This document shows positions 9,164-14,977 of a stretch of DNA of 20,000 nucleotides, piece after piece. The number at the start of each line of letters is the position of its first letter. Position 1 is the first letter of the stretch. Origin of the DNA: an uncultured virus (IMG/VR IMGVR_UViG_3300034104_001787) (Duplodnaviria > Heunggongvirae > Uroviricota > Caudoviricetes); IMG/VR virus record IMGVR_UViG_3300034104_001787; one strand, written 5' to 3'. Under the pieces are notes generated by a model. That model worked only from the letters and a program-made list of their open reading frames with translations, was not told the origin of the DNA and ran no database searches. The position numbers were made by a program, and so were the translations under genes.

Positions 9164-9469
9164 ATGGCACGTAACGGTCTCGCTGGTAAAGGGTTCTCGT
9201 ATAAGAAACGAGGGATGACTCAACGGAGTATTGAACGTAAGCGAGCGTATGATGCACAGTATCAAAAGCAGGAGTCCGCTGTAAAGAAGCGGGTAGCTAT
9301 GAATAGGGCTAATCGTCAAGCGGGTACGTATGGTAATGGTGATGGTTTAGATGCCAGCCATACCCGCGGTGGAAAGATTACAATGGAAAAGGCTACTACT
9401 AACCGGGCACGCAACGGGATGAAGAAGGGAGCCAAGACTACCTCACGCCGTAGAGGTACAAAGAAGTAA
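9164..9469 (+). CDS. Small basic protein with a minimal HNH-like motif, antisense to the early arm
   Basis: 28 K/R in 101 aa; GDGLDASH...NRARN resembles small phage HNH-like proteins; occupies a gap in the minus-strand gene array; its stop abuts the stop of the convergent gene (TAA|TTA at 9467-9472). Confidence 0.75.
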   Translation: MARNGLAGKGFSYKKRGMTQRSIERKRAYDAQYQKQESAVKKRVAMNRANRQAGTYGNGDGLDASHTRGGKITMEKATTNRARNGMKKGAKTTSRRRGTKK

Positions 9470-9718
9470 TTACTTCGCTAAGTTGCGCCTACACAGATGC
9501 ACAAACTCGCGTAGGCTGAGGTGCTTGTAGGTGCTGGTGAAGTTTACTGTATATGCCTCCCCATTCTTTACGAGGGTGATATAGAAGGGAAGTTCTTCTT
9601 CTATAGCCAACGCTGCTATGGCGGTATCATCTTTCAGGATCTCTTCTAACTCTTCTGCTGTCTCACCTTCATAAGGTATGAGCTGACGGAAACGTCCTAC
9701 TGTTTCTTCGCTCATCAT
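9470..9718 (-). CDS. Hypothetical protein (82 aa)
   Basis: TGATG coupling with the upstream gene; acidic N-terminal half. Confidence 0.7.
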   Translation of the reverse strand: MMSEETVGRFRQLIPYEGETAEELEEILKDDTAIAALAIEEELPFYITLVKNGEAYTVNFTSTYKHLSLREFVHLCRRNLAK

Positions 9719-10116
9719 CAGTAGTTGTTAGCTGATTCCCCTTGAGGAAGGTTCTTGTAGATATCTCCAAGTTCTTCGCTCAGCATAGCATCGGCAACAA
9801 TCTTCGACTCTGTGATACGTTGTACATAGTCTCCGATACAGATGTCGTGAATCCTGAAATCAATTTGGAAGTTGTCACGATAGGTCTCGCCTTCGTAAGT
9901 AAAGCACTCGTCTTCGTAGAGTTGGGCCATACGGTCAGCACCAATCATAAAACATTTGATCATCAAATCTTTGGTGATCGCATGTTGGCGTACAGATTCG
10001 GAAGTCAATTCCAATTTTGTACAGGCGTTGTGTAGTTCTTGCACTAATAATTCTACACGTGCAAGGGTTTCACGAGCCTCATCGAGAAGCTCAGTTGCGG
10101 TCTTATTATTTTCCAT
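9718..10116 (-). CDS. Hypothetical protein with N-terminal coiled coil
   Basis: Likely start ATG 10116 (TAATG overlap with the RadC stop); heptad-like LLDEARETLARVELLVQELHNACTKLE. Confidence 0.7.
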   Translation of the reverse strand: MENNKTATELLDEARETLARVELLVQELHNACTKLELTSESVRQHAITKDLMIKCFMIGADRMAQLYEDECFTYEGETYRDNFQIDFRIHDICIGDYVQRITESKIVADAMLSEELGDIYKNLPQGESANNY

Positions 10117-10532
10117 TAGTCGTGAAGGATTGAATGACACGAGGTGTCGGTGATGATGAGGGAATCAAGGAGGGTGATATCGAGAGTCTCGCTGCCAGCT
10201 TTTAGCGAGTCTGTCAGCTTTATATCCTGAACAGAAGGCCGGGTGCTACCTGAGGGATGGTTATGGGCTACAACGAAAGCTGTAGCGTTAGACAGCAACA
10301 GATATTGCATGATGATTCTGATGTCTGCTACGGTAGCGGTAATACCTCCGCTGCCTACAAGCATAGTAGAGATAGGCGTATTGGAGTTATCTATAGCAAT
10401 GACGTGCATCTCTTCGTGATGGTGCATACAATCTTTGAAGAGGGGTTTAAAGAACTCGTATGCATCCTCTTTGCTTTTGATAGGTTTAGAAATGAACTTT
10501 CTTTTTCTAACCTTCAGATATACTCTATTCAT
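10116..10532 (-). CDS. radC: RadC-like JAB/MPN+ domain protein
   Basis: Catalytic E (HEEMHV), GGITATVAD, AHNHPSG..RPS..D JAMM motif and LLDSLII (canonical LLDHxI); stand-alone JAB without HhH. Confidence 0.88.
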   Translation of the reverse strand: MNRVYLKVRKRKFISKPIKSKEDAYEFFKPLFKDCMHHHEEMHVIAIDNSNTPISTMLVGSGGITATVADIRIIMQYLLLSNATAFVVAHNHPSGSTRPSVQDIKLTDSLKAGSETLDITLLDSLIITDTSCHSILHD

Positions 10533-10552
10533 AATGTTACTATTTTAGTATT

Positions 10553-10699
10553 ATGAAAATGATGAAACGTAAAGACGGAACCACCAGTCCAAGAGGATTG
10601 TGGGATAATATCCGCGCTAACAAGGGGTCAGGCAAGAAGCCTACTAAAGCTATGCTGAAGCAGGAGGCGAAGATCAAGAAGAAAGCGAAGAAGAAATAA
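10553..10699 (+). CDS. 48-aa lysine-rich microprotein, antisense to the early arm
   Basis: Not in the ORF track. MKMMKRKDGTTSPRGLWDNIRANKGSGKKPTKAMLKQEAKIKKKAKKK; 18 K/R; AT-rich leader; hairpin immediately after the stop. Confidence 0.75.
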   Translation: MKMMKRKDGTTSPRGLWDNIRANKGSGKKPTKAMLKQEAKIKKKAKKK

Positions 10700-10701
10700 A
10701 G

Positions 10702-10736
10702 AGGGGCTTAGTCCCTATGGATAGGACCAAGCCCCT
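10702..10736. terminator. Probable (bidirectional) intrinsic terminator
   Basis: AGGGGCTT(10702-09)...AAGCCCCT(10729-36) with inner pairing and A/T-rich flanks, directly after the stop of the + strand microprotein. Confidence 0.65.
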
Positions 10737-10778
10737 TTATTATATAGGTTCCTTATATAGGAACCACTTAACCGTAAA

Positions 10779-10817
10779 AAATACCCCTTAATCTTACTGC
10801 TAAGATAAGGGGTATTT
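10779..10817. terminator. Probable intrinsic terminator of the minus-strand small-gene array
   Basis: AAATACCCCTT-a-ATCTTA CTGC TAAGAT-AAGGGGTATTT; 17-bp stem with one bulge; the A-run on + gives a U-tract on minus. Confidence 0.7.
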
Positions 10818-10846
10818 CTATTTATAGCTACTACCTATATAGGTAA

Positions 10847-11062
10847 TTAGTATGTGGTGTCGTATTCCTCTCGCTTAAACACCTCTCGAAGTTCATACTC
10901 CCATCCAGCAGTCTTCGTGTAGTTGGAAGCTACGTGAACTTTAGCCATCTCCCTTACACCAGCCAAGCTCGACCCATAGAAGGCGTGTCGCTTACCCAAA
11001 GTAGGGTTGATAGCAACACACTTGAATGTCTTGGCGTTTTCTGAGTCGCGTGATTTAGTCAT
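10847..11062 (-). CDS. Hypothetical protein (71 aa)
   Basis: Part of the tightly packed minus-strand array. Confidence 0.65.
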   Translation of the reverse strand: MTKSRDSENAKTFKCVAINPTLGKRHAFYGSSLAGVREMAKVHVASNYTKTAGWEYELREVFKREEYDTTY

Positions 11063-11180
11063 TGCTCACAGGGAAACAACGTCCCTCTCCACGCTTATAG
11101 GCCAGCAACAAACTGGGAGTGATAAACCAACCGTCAGCGGTTTGGTACATATACGCTTCGTGTTCTTGTTCTTCGATCAT
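11055..11180 (-). CDS. Hypothetical microprotein (41 aa)
   Basis: Not in the track: MIEEQEHEAYMYQTADGWFITPSLLLAYKRGEGRCFPVSND; ATGA overlap with the upstream stop and exact gap filling. Confidence 0.6.
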   Translation of the reverse strand: MIEEQEHEAYMYQTADGWFITPSLLLAYKRGEGRCFPVSND

Positions 11181-11440
11181 AAGAAAAGGATAACTGTAAA
11201 AGAGATAGCATAGAATGTAACGAGGCAAAGAACTACCTGAAGCCAGAAGATATAATCGAATAGCTTTTCAGAATCTGCAGTAAACGAGTTCTTCAAGTTA
11301 AGAAGACGATATCCTTCTTGTGTGTAGAAGATAGATCGTGAATCATCATCGTCATACAACTGCGATTTGTGAAAGCATTCGAGACACTTGTCGTGCAAGG
11401 TCTCACTTACTCGCTTGTGTAGTTCTCTGCGTTGTTTCAT
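11177..11440 (-). CDS. Tail-anchored membrane protein (87 aa)
   Basis: C-terminal hydrophobic stretch YIFWLQVVLCLVTFYAISFTVILFL; ATGA overlaps on both sides. Confidence 0.7.
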   Translation of the reverse strand: MKQRRELHKRVSETLHDKCLECFHKSQLYDDDDSRSIFYTQEGYRLLNLKNSFTADSEKLFDYIFWLQVVLCLVTFYAISFTVILFL

Positions 11441-11898
11441 TCGTTTACTATCTTGAAGTGGTTCTCAATCTTAGTGCTACCCTCGTTGGTAGTAAGGTAG
11501 ATTTTTAGGGACGCAAGATAAGCGAGTAACATCAAGTTAGCGGTATTGATATCATACTCGTCAATCGTACCCGGAATGATAAGGGTAGCACTGATGTCTT
11601 TCTGGTTGATATTATTTGGATCAACTTCTTTTTCTCCATAGACACCTACGTTGCATGCGATTTGCCATTCACCTTGTGGGCCATAGTCGATGCTGATGTA
11701 ATTGCTACGAGGCATATAGACACGCAGATAAAAATCGCTGTTGTAAAATATGTTTTCCATAGGAGGAGAAACATAGTCAGCAGACAGGTAGATAAACTTA
11801 TCCGAACTCTTGTATTGGGATAAGTAAGGAAGCAAGATCTCCCGTGCTGTGAGCGTGAGTTTCTGTGCCTCTTGAGAAAGTTCAAAGAATGTTTTCAT
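11437..11898 (-). CDS. Hypothetical protein (153 aa)
   Basis: Packed minus-strand ORF; no motif recognised. Confidence 0.7.
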   Translation of the reverse strand: MKTFFELSQEAQKLTLTAREILLPYLSQYKSSDKFIYLSADYVSPPMENIFYNSDFYLRVYMPRSNYISIDYGPQGEWQIACNVGVYGEKEVDPNNINQKDISATLIIPGTIDEYDINTANLMLLAYLASLKIYLTTNEGSTKIENHFKIVNE

Positions 11899-11900
11899 AG

Positions 11901-12149
11901 TTAGTCGTCTTCTAAGATGTCATCGTCAGTCCATTCACTGTAGTAGTACAGTTCATTATCGTAAGCTTCATCTAAAACATCTTCTATAGCACCCGAATAA
12001 TCGTAGTGCGTAACAAGAATGTTGTATAGATTTATAACGGTAGCTGCATAGTAGAAGCCATCGTCAATACAGTAACCCTCATAGAATCCCTCGTTAGAGA
12101 TGCTGTCATAACGAGGATACTTATGTTCCTTACTCATTGGGAGGTTCAT
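11901..12149 (-). CDS. Acidic, Tyr-rich hypothetical protein
   Basis: From ATG 12149: 20 D/E, 3 K/R and 13 Y in 82 aa; EGYCIDDG and YYYSEW motifs. Confidence 0.65.
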   Translation of the reverse strand: MNLPMSKEHKYPRYDSISNEGFYEGYCIDDGFYYAATVINLYNILVTHYDYSGAIEDVLDEAYDNELYYYSEWTDDDILEDD

Positions 12150-12429
12150 TCGTATCCTCGTTATACAATACACTTGCTTTTACCAAGTGTGTCTCAGCAT
12201 ACATCTCACAGAGAAAGCACATACTGAATGATGGGTGGTCGGTGATGACTTCGTACACCACGTGGATATTTCCATTGGGGAAGTAGCAATCTGCCATACG
12301 GTTATTCCGTTTAAGAAATAACTTCACCTTGTACGCTTCATCGTCAGTAAGTGCAGAGTAATCATCATTGATTATAGCTGAAAGGAAATATCCAGCTATA
12401 GGGAAGGTGTTGATTTCAAAGTGTTTCAT
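12130..12429 (-). CDS. Conserved-looking phage hypothetical protein
   Basis: AIINDDYSALTDDE resembles a small phage/plasmid family (aliNgD.SgL.deE); C-terminal CxxC; ATGA overlap with the FISUMP gene. Confidence 0.65.
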   Translation of the reverse strand: MKHFEINTFPIAGYFLSAIINDDYSALTDDEAYKVKLFLKRNNRMADCYFPNGNIHVVYEVITDHPSFSMCFLCEMYAETHLVKASVLYNEDTNEPPNE

Positions 12430-12950
12430 AACTGATCTTTAATTAAACGAACAGAGAAACCGTAGGTAGTATGGTAGTCATCCCGGTTTATACCTGAGTC
12501 AGAATCTGTTAGGTAGTAGCTCCATGAATATGCACCATTTGGAGTGGAAGACCAGAAGTATCCGATGATTTCACTATGGAAACTTCCAGAACGACAACGG
12601 TACCCACCTGCGATTGCATTGAATCCTGACTTTCGTGTGCCATCCCACTTTTTGGTTGACTTCAAATAGCCACCTGCTTTATGAAAATCTCCGCAGAACC
12701 TAACGAGTTGAAGCCACTGCATATCTGTAGGTACGTGGAATCCTTCGGGAGCAAGTCCTCGAGGATCGTCGATAGCATACCAGTTGTAGTAACATTCTCC
12801 GCTATCGGGATTGATACACATAGCGGCTTCTTGAAGGACAGCCCAATCATCTGGGTCTTGTACGATTGGAATAGGATCTCCATTGCGAAACTTGAATACA
12901 CGGAGATTCTTTGTAGTCCACACCTGTGAACCAATCTGAATAGTTTTCAT
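12426..12950 (-). CDS. Fibrobacter succinogenes major paralogous (FISUMP / Fib_succ_major) domain protein
   Basis: TIQIGSQVWTTKNL, FRNGDPIP, YYNWYAI..PRGLAPEGFHVPT..QW, GFNAIAGGYR, GYFWSST and GFSVRLIKD cover the full family pattern; no signal peptide. Confidence 0.88.
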   Translation of the reverse strand: MKTIQIGSQVWTTKNLRVFKFRNGDPIPIVQDPDDWAVLQEAAMCINPDSGECYYNWYAIDDPRGLAPEGFHVPTDMQWLQLVRFCGDFHKAGGYLKSTKKWDGTRKSGFNAIAGGYRCRSGSFHSEIIGYFWSSTPNGAYSWSYYLTDSDSGINRDDYHTTYGFSVRLIKDQL

Positions 12951-12986
12951 AGCGTTGAATGTGTTACTGGGTGAAGAGGGAAAGAA

Positions 12987-13014
12987 AAGCAGTTTATAGA
13001 CATGCTTAGGTCTA
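12987..13014 (-). ncRNA. Compact H-type pseudoknot in the leader of the FISUMP gene
   Basis: Minus strand UAGAC-CU-AAGCA-U-GUCUA-UAAAC-UGCUU: stem 1 UAGAC/GUCUA and stem 2 AAGCA/UGCUU, all Watson-Crick; intergenic. Confidence 0.55.
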
Positions 13015-13019
13015 AACGA

Positions 13020-13175
13020 TTAGACTAACTCACACTTGCTTGTGTAGATGTTAGTCTTGATGGTGTAGTTAATACCATCAATTTTCCAAACCATCTTGTA
13101 ATCCCCGTCTTGTTTTGGGGATGACTGCCCGACAAACTCTTTGTTGGGACAGTCAATGACTTGTTGTATTGTCAT
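13020..13175 (-). CDS. Hypothetical microprotein (51 aa)
   Basis: Not in the track: MTIQQVIDCPNKEFVGQSSPKQDGDYKMVWKIDGINYTIKTNIYTSKCELV; TGATG overlap with the upstream gene. Confidence 0.65.
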   Translation of the reverse strand: MTIQQVIDCPNKEFVGQSSPKQDGDYKMVWKIDGINYTIKTNIYTSKCELV

Positions 13176-13426
13176 CAGTACGTCCAAGAGCAGGCAGCCG
13201 GTCGGTGTTGGAAGAAGGCACGACGGTTAGCATTGCTGCGGTGCTTACGGATGTAATAACGGTCGCGGTAAGAGGATTGGTTCCAGATAGCAGGATGCTT
13301 GGGACCACGGAGTTGGCTGTAACGCTTGAGTGTATAAACTCGCGTTGCACCACCCGTCCGGTAAATCGACTGAGCCTCACCCACCGTAGAGAGAGAGACA
13401 ACCAAGAGGAAAAGGAAGATACGCAT
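13175..13426 (-). CDS. Small secreted basic protein with a Sec signal peptide
   Basis: Likely start ATG 13426: MRIFLFLLVVSLSTVGEA|QSIY...; Arg/Tyr-rich mature part. Confidence 0.6.
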   Translation of the reverse strand: MRIFLFLLVVSLSTVGEAQSIYRTGGATRVYTLKRYSQLRGPKHPAIWNQSSYRDRYYIRKHRSNANRRAFFQHRPAACSWTY

Positions 13427-13461
13427 GTTAAACGATGCTGATAGGGTTAGAGAAAAACTAA

Positions 13462-13497
13462 AAGCCAAATAGTAAGTGGTGTCTTACTATCTGGCTT
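13462..13497 (-). terminator. Intrinsic terminator
   Basis: Minus strand AAGCCAGAUAGUAAG-ACACCA-CUUACUAUUUGGCUU followed by UUAGUUUUUCUCU; the G-U pair sets the strand. Confidence 0.7.
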
Positions 13498-13504
13498 GTA
13501 GATA

Positions 13505-13600
13505 TTATTTCTTCGCAGCTTTTCTAAACTTGAAGAAGTAAAAACCAATTAAAGCTACCTCCACAGAGGCAGTGAGCAGAAAGAAATCGAAATGTTCCAT
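13505..13600 (-). CDS. 31-aa single-pass membrane peptide
   Basis: Not in the track: MEHFDFFLLTASVEVALIGFYFFKFRKAAKK (hydrophobic core plus basic tail); terminator immediately downstream. Confidence 0.6.
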   Translation of the reverse strand: MEHFDFFLLTASVEVALIGFYFFKFRKAAKK

Positions 13601-13624
13601 TTGATTTAGGAATCGTTGATGATG

Positions 13625-13900
13625 TTAAGACGTTTTAATTACCAGATGATAAGAGCCAGTTTCTGTATGGCCTGTAGAGAGGAGAGAGAAGGGAAAGAGT
13701 CCAAGTAGCTCAAGGGTAGCTACGAGGTTGGACTCTTCTTGCCCGTCACAGAGATATACTATGTTGGAGAGGTCGATGTCATATTCGGAGGATCGATTTA
13801 GCTCAGCTAAACAAATCAGGATCTCTTTCTTTACTATGTTGTAAGAACAGTAGTACTCCTTGGAAGAAGAGATTAAGGCAGGATTACAATAAGTCGCCAT
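13625..13900 (-). CDS. Hypothetical protein
   Basis: Packed minus-strand ORF; ATG 13900 preferred over TTG 13915. Confidence 0.55.
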   Translation of the reverse strand: MATYCNPALISSSKEYYCSYNIVKKEILICLAELNRSSEYDIDLSNIVYLCDGQEESNLVATLELLGLFPFSLLSTGHTETGSYHLVIKTS

Positions 13901-14069
13901 AGGTAACAGAGTCAAACTCGATACCCAAATCCAGCTTGTCTAAACGAGAACCACACAGCACATCCTCAAACGAGATACGACCTCCCGATAAGCGAGAATA
14001 TACATAAGAGTCAAAACAAGTATCTCCTCCCATATGGAGAAGAGTAGAGTGAGAAAGAAACTGCTTCAT
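13884..14069 (-). CDS. Hypothetical protein (61 aa)
   Basis: Minus-strand ORF overlapping the next gene, with a pyrimidine-rich leader. Confidence 0.5.
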   Translation of the reverse strand: MKQFLSHSTLLHMGGDTCFDSYVYSRLSGGRISFEDVLCGSRLDKLDLGIEFDSVTYGDLL

Positions 14070-14102
14070 AACAGTAAGAGATAAAGAGAGTGATACTAAG
14101 AG

Positions 14103-14198
14103 TCAATTAGACCTACGCTCCATAATAGCAAGGATGGTTAAACCACCTAATACATACCCTATGATAAGGGCATAAACACAGATAACATAAGTGTCCAT
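14103..14198 (-). CDS. 31-aa single-pass membrane peptide
   Basis: Not in the track: MDTYVICVYALIIGYVLGGLTILAIMERRSN; A-rich leader without SD. Confidence 0.55.
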   Translation of the reverse strand: MDTYVICVYALIIGYVLGGLTILAIMERRSN

Positions 14199-14238
14199 AG
14201 TAATTACGTTTTGATTACTGATACAAAAGAGGAAATTT

Positions 14239-14461
14239 GATCTACTCAGGAATGGTAGATCTGTAGATATATAACCTTGTATTTTTGAAGATTAAGTATA
14301 TATCTATGTCGTCGTTCTGATTACAGGATGATAGTGTAAAGTAAAAGATTACACTACGTATACCTGCAACGCAATAACCTGCACACAGTCAACAAGTTAC
14401 GTTGCTAAGTAGGTAGCATAGGATTGTGGCCTACGCTACCTACTTTCGCAAACGATTTGCG
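14239..14461. repeat. Array of seven back-to-back inverted repeats
   Basis: gatctac/gtagatc; tagatatata/tatatatcta; tcgttctg/caggatga (G-U); tagtgtaa/ttacacta; gcaacg/cgttgc; aagtaggtagc/gctacctactt; cgcaaa/tttgcg. Confidence 0.6.
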
Positions 14462-14465
14462 GACG

Positions 14466-14783
14466 TTATGCGAGGGAATGCCAGTGTTTGGCGTTACCCT
14501 CTTTGTCCGTTACAGGAACCAGCTTCTTGCCGTCCTGTCGCTGCACCAGATCGTCGGACTTAACCAGCTCAATAGCTGCGTCCATATCGATACCGTGCTC
14601 TGCGCCGAACTGCTGTACAGACTCATAGCCAGAGTCCCGATAGGTATCCGTTACCTTCAGGCCCAGCAATCGCGCAGTAATCGCAGGCACACGCACCCAT
14701 TGTGGCGCTTCACCTGCAGCAAACACTTGTCCAACCAGCGTACCAGTAGCCGACACGGACACAGGAACAAAGAGACGTTTCAT
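14466..14783 (-). CDS. First gene of the leftward arm; hypothetical protein (105 aa)
   Basis: Likely start ATG 14783 (MKRLFVPV); visibly more GC-rich than its neighbours; followed by the hairpin array. Confidence 0.65.
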   Translation of the reverse strand: MKRLFVPVSVSATGTLVGQVFAAGEAPQWVRVPAITARLLGLKVTDTYRDSGYESVQQFGAEHGIDMDAAIELVKSDDLVQRQDGKKLVPVTDKEGNAKHWHSLA

Positions 14784-14832
14784 GAGGAAAACGGTGTTAG
14801 AGCAAGCAGCGACATTGCCGCTTGCCAAGACC

Positions 14833-14961
14833 GGGGAGTCGTCATTGGGGGGTATTCGTCCTTAGTGCCCTACCGGGGGAGGGTATATGGGGGTGCTACT
14901 CACAAGTCTCCCCATATGGTATACTGGGCGGGGGTTCTTTACAGGGCTAAGAGAAGGGGGG
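14833..14961 (+). other. G-tract-rich non-coding divergence region (candidate pac site, genome end or origin)
   Basis: Nine G-runs of 3-6 nt on the + strand in about 130 bp, between the divergent gene arms and upstream of the terminase cluster. Confidence 0.5.
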
Positions 14962-14965
14962 TTGT

Positions 14966-14973
14966 TATATTTG
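14966..14973 (+). promoter_or_regulatory. Bacteroidota housekeeping-sigma -7 element (TAnnTTTG)
   Basis: TATATTTG followed by only 4 nt before ATG 14978; no clear -33 element. Confidence 0.6.
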
Positions 14974-14977
14974 CGGT

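Noticed and set aside
12426..12560. Diversity-generating retroelement targeting the FISUMP C-terminus
   Set aside because: No reverse transcriptase and no template-repeat copy visible in this window.
13153..13441. Alternative overlapping ORFs 13153-13401 (-) and 13169-13441 (+)
   Set aside because: The 13175-13426 frame has an ATG, a signal peptide and TGATG coupling to the next gene; the alternatives lack such support.
10700..14461. tRNA genes or a CRISPR mini-array in the intergenic hairpin regions
   Set aside because: No cloverleaf with T-loop GTTCRA and no repeated equal-length direct repeats with spacers found by eye.
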